From Candidatus Moraniibacteriota bacterium (lineage in GTDB: Bacteria; Patescibacteriota; Minisyncoccia; Moranbacterales; UBA2206): a DNA stretch of 40,549 nucleotides. The stretch's first letter is position 1. Every line of letters begins with the position of its first letter. A program made the translations under genes and the position numbers. The stretch is from NCBI GenBank assembly GCA_037132035.1, contig JBAXPY010000002.1, positions 1 to 40,549 on the forward strand. The letters are read 5' to 3'. Positions 1-7,091 of the stretch are shown here, piece by piece. The notes beneath the pieces are model-generated. The model saw only the letters and a list, made by a program, of their open reading frames with translations. It searched no databases and was not told the DNA's origin.

Positions 1-1489
1 TTGTTTTAATGGTACCGGCTGTGGTGGGAAAATTAGCAGAGTTAGTATCTCCGGCGACGTAGAGACTGGTGCCACTGATGAGCATGGTGATGGAATGATC
101 TTCTCCATTGCCTCCAAGGTAGGTTGAGTTAGTTAGACTGGTGAGATCATTAGACATTTTGGCAATGAAAATATCATAGGTGCCACCTTGGAACGCGCCT
201 TGGTATGGGGTACCGGCCATCGGGAAATTACTGGATTTGGTGTAGCCGGAAACGTAGATATTATTGGAACTGTCGAGGTTGATAGCAAAGGCATTGTCTT
301 CGTCTGTTCCTCCCAGATAAGTGGAAGCGATTAGAGTGGTGAGAGTTGAGTCAAATTTGGAGATGACGATGTCATTGCCGAAGTTCGGATCGGCGTCATT
401 GAAAGATGTATCGTAGACTCCGAGTGTTGTGGGATAGTCAGCACTTCTGGTGTGACCAACGATGTAGACATTACCGGTATTATCTTGGACCATGTTTGGT
501 CGGCCGGTGTAAGCGGAAAAAGAAGAATTAAATTCAAAGCGTTCTTCCTCCCCTCCTCCGATCAAAGTGGAAGAGATCATTGGATCGATAACTAGCATTT
601 TAGTATTGTCGTAGTTTTCTACTTTGAAACCATAAGTATTGTCTTCTCTCAATTCATAGGTAACGGCGATGTAATCTTTTTTTTCGTCTTTGTATTGATA
701 CGCCTGGGGAGCAGTGAGAATGAGAGCTTGATCTTTACTTTCTAGCTTCAATTCTCCATGTTCAGTTACTTCAATTTTGTCGATACCATCAAAACCAAGC
801 TTGATATCATTCGGGTTTCCATTGGCATCCACGATGAACAGTTTTTCGATGTTTTTTTGAGTGGCTCTCACTTTAAATTCAATCCTAGGGTAGACTTCTT
901 GAAAATTGATGAAGGCGTAGTTTTCTAGGTTGTTTTTCCAAGCTTCGGGGTTATTACCGAGAAAGTAGTTGATGTCTGTTTCGGAGGGTTTTTCGCCTTC
1001 GGGGGAGAGTTGGATAGGAGCTCTATCGAGGCCAATTAGTTTTTCTCTGATGGCGAGACTTTTTTCGTTAGTTTTTTGGGTGTCATAGGTAATACCAGAT
1101 TCATTGATGTAGACTGTACCATTTTCAATCGGAGCGTAAAATTTAACTTGCTCGTCTTTTTGACCGGAGTTCTTGATGAAAGGCAGAGTGAGTGATTCGG
1201 TTTTTTCGAGGAGTTTTTCGTGGACTAGTTGTTTTTCGGTTTTAGGTGGCTGGGGTGTTGGAGTATTTTTGGCTTTGTAGGAGCGAAAGAAAAAGGTAGC
1301 AGTGGCAATGAGCGCAACGAAAAGCAAGATAATGGCTGTTATCTTTTTTGTTGAATTTGGTGATTTTTGCGGTTGGTTTAGATTAATCAGATAGTCAGTC
1401 GTTTCACTTTTTTTATTGGTGTTTTTTCTATCGAACACAATGCTTGTTTTATAGTTTTTCCCCTCGTTGGTATGTTTGTATTTTAGCAT
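1..1489 (-). CDS. membrane-anchored surface protein with SBBP-type beta-propeller repeats (5' part only; ORF continues past the left edge)
   Basis: Absent from the ORF track because it has no stop inside the window. My minus-strand translation from ATG 1489 stays open to position 1 (496 codons): MLKYKHTNEGKNYK... It has a TM helix (ITAIILLFVALIATATFFF). Repeats such as STYLGGTDEDNAFAINLDSSNNIYVSGYTKSSNFP and STYLGGNGEDHSITMLISGTSLYVAGDTNSANFP fit the SBBP repeat (PF06739). Confidence 0.7.
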   Translation of the reverse strand, partial: MLKYKHTNEGKNYKTSIVFDRKNTNKKSETTDYLINLNQPQKSPNSTKKITAIILLFVALIATATFFFRSYKAKNTPTPQPPKTEKQLVHEKLLEKTESLTLPFIKNSGQKDEQVKFYAPIENGTVYINESGITYDTQKTNEKSLAIREKLIGLDRAPIQLSPEGEKPSETDINYFLGNNPEAWKNNLENYAFINFQEVYPRIEFKVRATQKNIEKLFIVDANGNPNDIKLGFDGIDKIEVTEHGELKLESKDQALILTAPQAYQYKDEKKDYIAVTYELREDNTYGFKVENYDNTKMLVIDPMISSTLIGGGEEERFEFNSSFSAYTGRPNMVQDNTGNVYIVGHTRSADYPTTLGVYDTSFNDADPNFGNDIVISKFDSTLTTLIASTYLGGTDEDNAFAINLDSSNNIYVSGYTKSSNFPMAGTPYQGAFQGGTYDIFIAKMSNDLTSLTNSTYLGGNGEDHSITMLISGTSLYVAGDTNSANFPTTAGTIKT

Positions 1490-1580
1490 GGAAATGGGGA
1501 AAGCGAAAATCCAAAACAGCCTCAACGATAACTTTATATTTGATTAAATTTGTTGCCCCCTTTCATACTTCTGTCTGACA

Positions 1581-1609
1581 TTGACAAAACGCAAATAATG
1601 CGCTATAAT
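1581..1609 (+). promoter_or_regulatory. consensus sigma70-type promoter
   Basis: TTGACA (1581-1586), exactly 17 nt spacer, TATAAT (1604-1609). Confidence 0.6.
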
Positions 1610-1697
1610 GTAAGGTTAGTAAAATAAAACACCATTGTTCTTAAAGTGCTCTATCCGCTACAAAATCCGGCGGAAAAGAAAAAGGATGAGGAAAATT

Positions 1698-2018
1698 ATG
1701 AGTATAACAAAAAAAGAATGGCAGGCAGTCGCTGATCAACTCCAGATGACAGAAGATGCACTGAGGAAAAAGTGCACTTCAGTCATCTCCGCTGCTGGTG
1801 GCCGCGGATTTATCAAAAAAAGATCCTTCATACTCTCTATAAAAGATGGGAAGATCATATTCCCTTCTTTGATGAGTAGCAGTTTCTGGTCAGTTGACTT
1901 GGTGACATGGACCGCTACATGCCACAGCTACCCAGCAGGCACACCAGCAGGTTCAAAAGCAGGCACCAATGCCTGCGGGCATCGACTGCCACCGTCTTCG
2001 ACTGGTAATCGTCGATGA
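1698..2018 (+). CDS. hypothetical small protein (frame and 3' end doubtful)
   Basis: ATG 1698 lies 5 nt after GAGGA (1688-1692). The N-terminal 41 aa look protein-like (MSITKKEWQAVADQLQMTEDALRKKC...). After the A7 run (1815-1821) the translation turns low-complexity, while the -1 frame reads KILHTLYKRWEDHIPFFDE-stop (1879). Confidence 0.3.
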   Translation: MSITKKEWQAVADQLQMTEDALRKKCTSVISAAGGRGFIKKRSFILSIKDGKIIFPSLMSSSFWSVDLVTWTATCHSYPAGTPAGSKAGTNACGHRLPPSSTGNRR

Positions 2019-2024
2019 CAACAA

Positions 2025-2070
2025 GGACTCTTGAGAGGTGAATTTTTCCCTCTCACGAGTCCTTTTTTTT
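2025..2070 (+). terminator. rho-independent terminator
   Basis: GGACTCTTGAGAGG (2025-2038) pairs with CCTCTCACGAGTCC (2049-2062), giving 13 bp with one mismatch. T8 follows at 2063-2070. Confidence 0.7.
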
Positions 2071-2278
2071 AAGTTCCACCGATTATCAACTATCATTTTG
2101 GCATATTTTCTTACAATGAACTTCACTATAAAACAAAAAAACTATCTCCAAATAGCTAGTCTTTTTTTATTTTATATACAAAAAAGTTGAAAAAAAATCA
2201 TGGAACCTGGGAGAGACTAGTTTATAGTCTCTCGCAGTTGTCCAAGTCGATTACCAACAATGAAACGGCCCTGAAAAA

Positions 2279-2530
2279 TTATATGAGAATGACCATGAAA
2301 GATGCAGATCCGCCGCCGGGATTATTTTGGGCGATCGCCATCGGGACGTCACAGATACCATGCACAATTTCGGGAGCCACCAGCATAGTCCTCCCCAGTT
2401 CTTTAGCTTTTTCGGCGCCTGATAAATTTCCCAGTTCACGAGAATTCAGGCCAAGATTTGCGTCGCCAGCGTATGTCATTGCCGCAGTCACCAGCGCTGT
2501 ATTTTCCTGTTTCGCAGTCACCATTACCAC
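2279..2530 (-). CDS. hypothetical 83-aa protein in a GC-rich island
   Basis: It is the only protein-like frame here (MVMVTAKQENTALVTAAMTYAGDANLGLNSRELGNLSGAEKAKELGRTMLVAPEIVHGICDVPMAIAQNNPGGG...). GC is about 51% against about 30-38% in the flanks. Codons are CTG/GTG/GCG-rich, unlike neighbouring genes. No family was recognised. Confidence 0.3.
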   Translation of the reverse strand: MVMVTAKQENTALVTAAMTYAGDANLGLNSRELGNLSGAEKAKELGRTMLVAPEIVHGICDVPMAIAQNNPGGGSASFMVILI

Positions 2531-2555
2531 ATATATTATCGTGAGATCACTGAAT

Positions 2556-2584
2556 TTGACTAATCCTCAATCATCGTCTATAGT
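2556..2584 (+). promoter_or_regulatory. sigma70-type promoter of the rpsF-ssb-rpsR operon
   Basis: TTGACT (2556-2561), 17 nt spacer, TATAGT (2579-2584). This implies a leader of about 160 nt before rpsF. Confidence 0.55.
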
Positions 2585-2750
2585 AGTGAAACAATCTAGA
2601 AAGCCCCGAAGTTCTCTCGCCTGGCCAATCGGCTAGGATAAGAGCACAAAAATTCCGCACAGGGGCGATTCTGGGGCGGTTTTTAATTTGTTAATCACTA
2701 AAGTTGAGAGAGTTGGAGATTTCTATTTCCCACTTTTCCAATTACACAAT

Positions 2751-3254
2751 ATGCGTTACGAACTATTCTATCTCGTCGGCGTTTCCAAAGAACTCGACTT
2801 GGATAAGATCAAAACCGATGTGGACGAAATTGTCACTAGCCACTCGGGAGTTTTTGAAGAAAAAGCCACTCAGGAGAAAAGGAAGATGGCTTATAAGATC
2901 AAAAAGGACACTCATGGTATCTATATCGCCAAACGCTTTTCCATGGAAGAGCCAGCAAATGTTCCGGAAATTATCACAAAACTCAACATCCATCCTGGGG
3001 TTTTAAGATTCATCATCAGCGACGCTTCAGGACTCCCTGAACTAAAGACAAAAGAGGAGCGAATTGAGCAAGAAGAAAAAAGAGGTGAGGTGGAAAAAAT
3101 GCGCCAAGAGAAAAAGGACGCAGAAGAGCTCGAAAAAAATCCACCAAAAAAAGAGGCGGTTGCAGTAGCACCAAAAACTGAAGCTGAGAAAACTCAAAAA
3201 GCTGAAGATGCTCAGGCGTTGGATAAAAAATTAGAAGAGATCTTGAATATCTAG
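2751..3254 (+). CDS. rpsF: 30S ribosomal protein S6 with a long K/E-rich C-terminal tail
   Basis: MRYELFYLVGVS...KRKMAYKIKKDTHGIYI is a typical S6 N-terminus. I start at ATG 2751 rather than the track's upstream alternative start (2688). The rpsF-ssb-rpsR synteny supports the call. Confidence 0.85.
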   Translation: MRYELFYLVGVSKELDLDKIKTDVDEIVTSHSGVFEEKATQEKRKMAYKIKKDTHGIYIAKRFSMEEPANVPEIITKLNIHPGVLRFIISDASGLPELKTKEERIEQEEKRGEVEKMRQEKKDAEELEKNPPKKEAVAVAPKTEAEKTQKAEDAQALDKKLEEILNI

Positions 3255-3336
3255 GTTAATTTTAATCTTCAATAATTATTAGCCGCTCTGCTATGTCCGC
3301 TAATTTAATTAGCGAGCAGGCGGTAAAAATAAAATT

Positions 3337-3819
3337 ATGAATATCAACAAGGTAATTCTCGTCGGAAGACTCACGAGAGATCCTGAGGTCAGAACCACCA
3401 CTTCAGGACAAACTGTCACCTCTGTCTCAATTGCTACAAATCGATTTTGGAAAGACAAAAACGGACAAAAGCAAGACCAAACAGAATTTCACAATGTTGT
3501 GCTCTGGGGAAAGCTTGGTGAAATTGCCGGTCAATATCTAGCCAAGGGACAAGAGGCTTACTTTGAAGGAAGATTAACTACACGAAAATATACTGGAAAA
3601 GACGGCATTGAAAGACGAACCACTGAAATTGTTGCAGAAAATATGCAACTTGGATCACGCGCTGGTCAAGGCGGGTCACCTGCAACCGGAAGCTATGACA
3701 AGCCCGCTGCCGCACCTGCTCAAAACCAAGCCCCACAAACATCTCCAGCCGATGAAATTCCAACAATCAATCTTGATGAAGAAGAGGATGAAGTTAGAAT
3801 TGAAGACGTTCCATTTTAG
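3337..3819 (+). CDS. ssb: single-stranded DNA-binding protein
   Basis: MNINKVILVGRLTRDPEVRTT...EFHNVVLWGKLGE is an OB fold. It is followed by a Gly/Pro/Gln-rich linker and an acidic tip ending in DVPF. Confidence 0.9.
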   Translation: MNINKVILVGRLTRDPEVRTTTSGQTVTSVSIATNRFWKDKNGQKQDQTEFHNVVLWGKLGEIAGQYLAKGQEAYFEGRLTTRKYTGKDGIERRTTEIVAENMQLGSRAGQGGSPATGSYDKPAAAPAQNQAPQTSPADEIPTINLDEEEDEVRIEDVPF

Positions 3820-3853
3820 TTATTAAATAATTATAAGTTTTTAAATTTAAAGT

Positions 3854-4096
3854 ATGTACAATAATCGCAACAGCAATGAAATTAGCACGCCGGAAAAAAA
3901 GCTCTGTCATTTCTGCCAAAATAGAATCGAGAAGATTGATTTTAAAGATGCTTATTTCATCAGACGTTTCATGAATTCTCAGGGAAAAATCTATCCACCA
4001 AAGCGACATGGAACTTGTGCTAAACACCAAAGAATTCTCACAAATGCTATCAAAAAAGCCCGAATCATGGCACTTGTGCCTTTCGTAGCGAGATAG
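3854..4096 (+). CDS. rpsR: 30S ribosomal protein S18
   Basis: CHFCQNRIEKIDFKDAYFIRRFMNSQGKIYPPKRHGTCAKHQRILTNAIKKARIMALVPF is the S18 signature. Confidence 0.9.
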   Translation: MYNNRNSNEISTPEKKLCHFCQNRIEKIDFKDAYFIRRFMNSQGKIYPPKRHGTCAKHQRILTNAIKKARIMALVPFVAR

Positions 4097-4123
4097 GTCT
4101 TAATCAAAAAATAAAAAATATTT

Positions 4124-4681
4124 ATGATTGGAATTTCAGATATCAAAGCCGGAAAAAATATTATTCTCAATGGCATGCCGTTTGCTGTGCTTTATCATGA
4201 GCAGTCAAAAACTGGTCGAGCTGGATCAGTTCTTCGTACTCGTCTCAAAAATTTGACTACTGGCGCAGTTTTGGAAAAAACATTTCAGGGAGCTGAGCAT
4301 GTGGAAGAGGCTCAAATCACCAAATCAAAAGCTCAATTTCTCTATAAGGAAAATACGGATTATTGCTTTATGGATAATGAATCCTATGAGCAATTTTCTC
4401 TTTCCACTGAAACGCTTGGGAATAATGTGGATTATCTGACTGAGGGAACAGAAGTATTGTTTCTAAACTTCGATGGCAATGCGATCAACATTGAACTGCC
4501 AGTCAAGATGAAATTGAAAGTGACCGAAGCACCGCCAGGCATCAAAGGCAACACCGTTTCCACGGGTGGAAAAATGGTAACGCTAGAAACAGGTAAGAAA
4601 ATCTCCACTCCCCTTTTTGTGGAAGCCGGAGATGAAATTATCGTCAACACAGAAAAGGGTGAATATGTCAGTCGAGCATAA
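4124..4681 (+). CDS. efp: elongation factor P (Arg at the loop tip)
   Basis: Full-length similarity to EF-P (…GKMVTLETGKKISTPLFVEAGDEIIVNTEKGEYVSRA). The loop reads SKTGRAGS, with R32 at the position of E. coli K34. Confidence 0.9.
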   Translation: MIGISDIKAGKNIILNGMPFAVLYHEQSKTGRAGSVLRTRLKNLTTGAVLEKTFQGAEHVEEAQITKSKAQFLYKENTDYCFMDNESYEQFSLSTETLGNNVDYLTEGTEVLFLNFDGNAINIELPVKMKLKVTEAPPGIKGNTVSTGGKMVTLETGKKISTPLFVEAGDEIIVNTEKGEYVSRA

Positions 4682-4720
4682 AACAGAGACCGGTGAACAA
4701 AAAACAAGAATCAATAAAAA

Positions 4721-4742
4721 TCCCGATTATTCGGGGTTTTTA
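4721..4742 (+). terminator. rho-independent terminator after efp
   Basis: CCCGA (4722-4726), TTAT loop, TCGGG (4731-4735), then GTTTTT. Confidence 0.6.
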
Positions 4743-4744
4743 AT

Positions 4745-4773
4745 TTGTAATTAGCAAAAATAATTGCTAGACT
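4745..4773 (+). promoter_or_regulatory. promoter of smpB (possibly giving a leaderless mRNA)
   Basis: TTGTAA (4745-4750), 17 nt spacer, TAGACT (4768-4773) with TGc directly upstream. The ATG at 4780 lies 6 nt after the -10 hexamer and no SD is present. Confidence 0.45.
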
Positions 4774-4779
4774 AGGTTT

Positions 4780-5223
4780 ATGGGCACACTAGCAATCAAC
4801 AAAAAGGCCGGCTTAGACTATTTCCTCGAAGATCTTTACGAGGCTGGCTTGGTTTTGAATGGACAAGAGGTCAAATCAGTCAGATCTGGCCAAGTGAGCC
4901 TTAAAGAAAGCTTTGTAACACTTAAAGGCACTGAGTTATACCTCACTAACGCCTACATCGCCCCCTATAAACAAGCAGGATTAAAACAAATCAACGACCC
5001 AACTCGAGCGCGGAAACTCCTTTTGAAAAAGTCAGAAATCCGCCAATTGATTGGAAAAGTGCGCACAGAAGGCTTGACATTAGTGCCACTTAGGTTGTAT
5101 ACTAAGAAACGACTATTAAAGCTGGCTTTTGCTGTGGGAAAAGGCAAAAAGAAGTTTGATAAGCGCGAAGATATCGCTAAAAGAGAGGCAAAACGGAGTA
5201 TTGATAGAGCTTTAAAAAATTAG
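4780..5223 (+). CDS. smpB: SsrA-binding protein SmpB
   Basis: INKKAGLDYFLEDLYEAGLVLNGQEVKSVRSGQVSLKESFV...TRARKLLLKKSEI...GLTLVPLRLY is the SmpB pattern. The gene is adjacent to tmRNA. Confidence 0.9.
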   Translation: MGTLAINKKAGLDYFLEDLYEAGLVLNGQEVKSVRSGQVSLKESFVTLKGTELYLTNAYIAPYKQAGLKQINDPTRARKLLLKKSEIRQLIGKVRTEGLTLVPLRLYTKKRLLKLAFAVGKGKKKFDKREDIAKREAKRSIDRALKN

Positions 5224-5283
5224 TGATACGGACATGTATCATAATTCCCCGATTACAACGGTTTTTACTAAGCGTTGCGGTCG

Positions 5284-5711
5284 GGGGATGCCTGGTTTCG
5301 ACAGGTTGTACGTTTAAAATATGCAAGCCGAGCTCTTATAGCTGCTCGTAAAACCGCTATTAAAGTTATAAGTGCAAACTTACTAACAAAAGCAAAAACT
5401 GCGATTGCTAACGCTTTCACAGTCAACTTTGCTACCGCTCTTGCCTAATACTAGTCTTTACTAGTTAGGGCATAAGCCATCGAATTTATTTTCGCCCAAG
5501 GGGTAAATTTCGGTGTCATATTATTGGGCTAGCTTATGTTCCTTTTCTTGGCGTTCATCTGCGAAACAATAGCCGAGAATAGATTGAAAAGGTTTTGTTC
5601 GCCTTTCACTTTTCGATCGACCCCGCCTTGGCGGGGAAATAAGGCGGAATAAGCTTGTAGTATATTTTGGATGAATAATTTTGGACGCGAGTTCAACTCT
5701 CGCCATCTCCA
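5284..5711 (+). ncRNA. ssrA: tmRNA (ssrA), CCA not encoded
   Basis: The 5' end is GGGGATGCCTGGTTTCGACAGG. The 3' end is GGACGCGAGTTCAACTCTCGCCATCTCCA. The acceptor stem GGGGAUG/CAUCUCC has a G3:U pair. The tag ORF runs 5374-5445 (GCA AAC ...), encodes ANLLTKAKTAIANAFTVNFATALA and stops at TAA 5446. Confidence 0.9.
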
Positions 5712-5786
5712 CAAATAAATTAATAATTTAAAAACAAAGCCATAAGAAGAACACCCTACAAAAGACCCGTTGTTAGAAAAGGGCCA

Positions 5787-6293
5787 ATTACGAGAATCAA
5801 CGATCAGATTCGCGTTCCAGAAGTACGTGTTATTCGTGATTCTGATAACGCGCAACTTGGCGTTCTGCCAATTGCCCAAGCGTTGGAGCTTGCCCGCGAA
5901 GACGGAATAGACCTCGTTGAGATTGCTCCAAATGCCCAGCCTCCAGTTTGTAAGATTATGGACTTCGGAAAATTTCAATATCAAAAATCACGATTGGAGC
6001 GTGTCAATAAATCCAAGCAGAAAAAATCAGAAGTAAAAGGGATTCGCTTGGGAGTACGCACAGACACGCATGATTTGGAATTCAAAAAAGCGCAAGCAGA
6101 AAAGTTTTTGAAAAAAGGCGCAAAGGTCAAAGTAGAGCTCACAATGCGTGGAAGAGAAAAAGCTCATCAAGACTTGGCCCGCGAAAATCTAAAACAATTC
6201 TTACATGAAATCGCTATCCCCTATAAGATTGAACAAGAAATTAAGCGCTATCCGGGAGGATTTAATGCTATCATTGCTCCCGACGAAGAATAA
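5787..6293 (+). CDS. infC: translation initiation factor IF-3, non-AUG start
   Basis: The track ORF (from 5883) is N-terminally truncated. The same frame is open from 5727 and reads ...ITRINDQIRVPEVRVIRDSDNAQLGVLPIAQALELAREDGIDLVEI, a typical IF-3 N-terminus. The likely start is ATT 5787, with ATA 5742 as an alternative. A non-AUG start is a known infC feature. Confidence 0.85.
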   Translation: MTRINDQIRVPEVRVIRDSDNAQLGVLPIAQALELAREDGIDLVEIAPNAQPPVCKIMDFGKFQYQKSRLERVNKSKQKKSEVKGIRLGVRTDTHDLEFKKAQAEKFLKKGAKVKVELTMRGREKAHQDLARENLKQFLHEIAIPYKIEQEIKRYPGGFNAIIAPDEE

Positions 6294-6330
6294 ATTATAA
6301 TTAAATTAATGAGGAATAACATTCAAATTT

Positions 6331-6525
6331 ATGCCGAAGTTAAAAACTAAAAAAGCCCTCGCGAAGAAAATTAAGATCACGAAAAACAAAAAAGTGCTTC
6401 GCCGATCTACCGGACAAAACCACTACAACTCCAAAGAAAATGGAAAAGTTGGCAGAGAGAAAAAGGGCGACAAAAGACTTTTCAAAGCAGATGAGAAAAA
6501 TGTTTTAAAAAGAATGCAAGTATAA
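6331..6525 (+). CDS. rpmI: 50S ribosomal protein L35
   Basis: MPKLKTKKALAKKIKITKNKKVLRR...HYNSKE matches L35. infC-rpmI-rplT synteny supports it. Confidence 0.9.
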   Translation: MPKLKTKKALAKKIKITKNKKVLRRSTGQNHYNSKENGKVGREKKGDKRLFKADEKNVLKRMQV

Positions 6526-6670
6526 TAAGTAAATTTTAAATTATAAATTTAAAGTTTTAAATCAATTTTTAATTATTAAATGCTTAAGTTAATTAAACAT
6601 TTATCCACTCGCCATTAGGCGGATACCAAAATTAAAAATTTCAAATTTAAAATTTCAAATTACCTAGACT

Positions 6671-7015
6671 ATGACCAGAATTAAACGCGGAATGGCCTCC
6701 TCAAAAAGAAGAAAGAATCTGCTAGAAGACGCCAAGGGTTTTAAATGGAGAAGAAGTTCCAATTATCGCGCTGCGAAAGAAGCTGTGATCAAGGCTGGCT
6801 CTTACGCCTTTCGTGATCGCCGAGCGAAAAAACGCGTGATGCGAAAACTTTGGATTACAAGACTCAATATCGCTCTTCGCGAGTTGGGACTAAAATACAG
6901 CCAATTTATCAAAATCATGTCTGATAAAAAAATCGAGCTAGACCGTAAGGTGCTTTCTCAAATGGCAGTAACTGAACCGAAAATTTTTGCTAAATTGATT
7001 GAGTCAGTAAAGTAA
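6671..7015 (+). CDS. rplT: 50S ribosomal protein L20
   Basis: MTRIKRGMASSKRRKNLLEDAKGFKWRRSSNYRAAKEAVIKAGSYAFRDRRAKKR is the L20 signature. Confidence 0.9.
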   Translation: MTRIKRGMASSKRRKNLLEDAKGFKWRRSSNYRAAKEAVIKAGSYAFRDRRAKKRVMRKLWITRLNIALRELGLKYSQFIKIMSDKKIELDRKVLSQMAVTEPKIFAKLIESVK

Positions 7016-7031
7016 ACTTACCAAGAAATTT

Positions 7032-7058
7032 AAAAACCCCGCTTAAGCGGGGTTTTTT
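7032..7058. terminator. bidirectional rho-independent terminator at the convergence point
   Basis: AAAAA, CCCCGC (7037-7042), TTAA loop, GCGGGG (7047-7052), then TTTTTT. It sits between convergent rplT (+) and the minus-strand array. Confidence 0.75.
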
Positions 7059-7091
7059 GATAAGTATTTTTGAGGATAACACAGGAGCATA

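Noticed and set aside
2187-2636. 149-aa plus-strand ORF
   Set aside because: It is fully antisense to the more protein-like 83-aa ORF. Its translation is low-complexity (S/P/T/I runs). It begins at an alternative start inside a poly-A tract and has no SD.
1880-2640. RNase P RNA, SRP RNA or 6S RNA in the two GC-rich islands
   Set aside because: I looked for GGAAAGTCCGG and ACAGAA.CCGGCTTA (RNase P) and for the GGAA-tetraloop/AGCAGCC helix-8 motif (SRP) on both strands. Neither was found. The only AAAGTCC in the window (about 38831) lies inside the RRM gene. 6S cannot be excluded by eye.
5684-5711. tRNA-like T-arm and acceptor end
   Set aside because: It belongs to the tmRNA tRNA-like domain. 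No free-standing tRNA cloverleaf was spotted elsewhere in the window.
5521-5984. Minus-strand ORFs of 63 and 151 aa
   Set aside because: They overlap the tmRNA 3' domain and the infC 5' region, both of which are strongly supported.
6526-6670. 145-bp AT-rich rpmI-rplT spacer with AAATTTCAAATT tandem copies and small palindromes
   Set aside because: The stems are AT-only and low-complexity. I found no convincing structure or known L20 leader features, so it is treated as a spacer.
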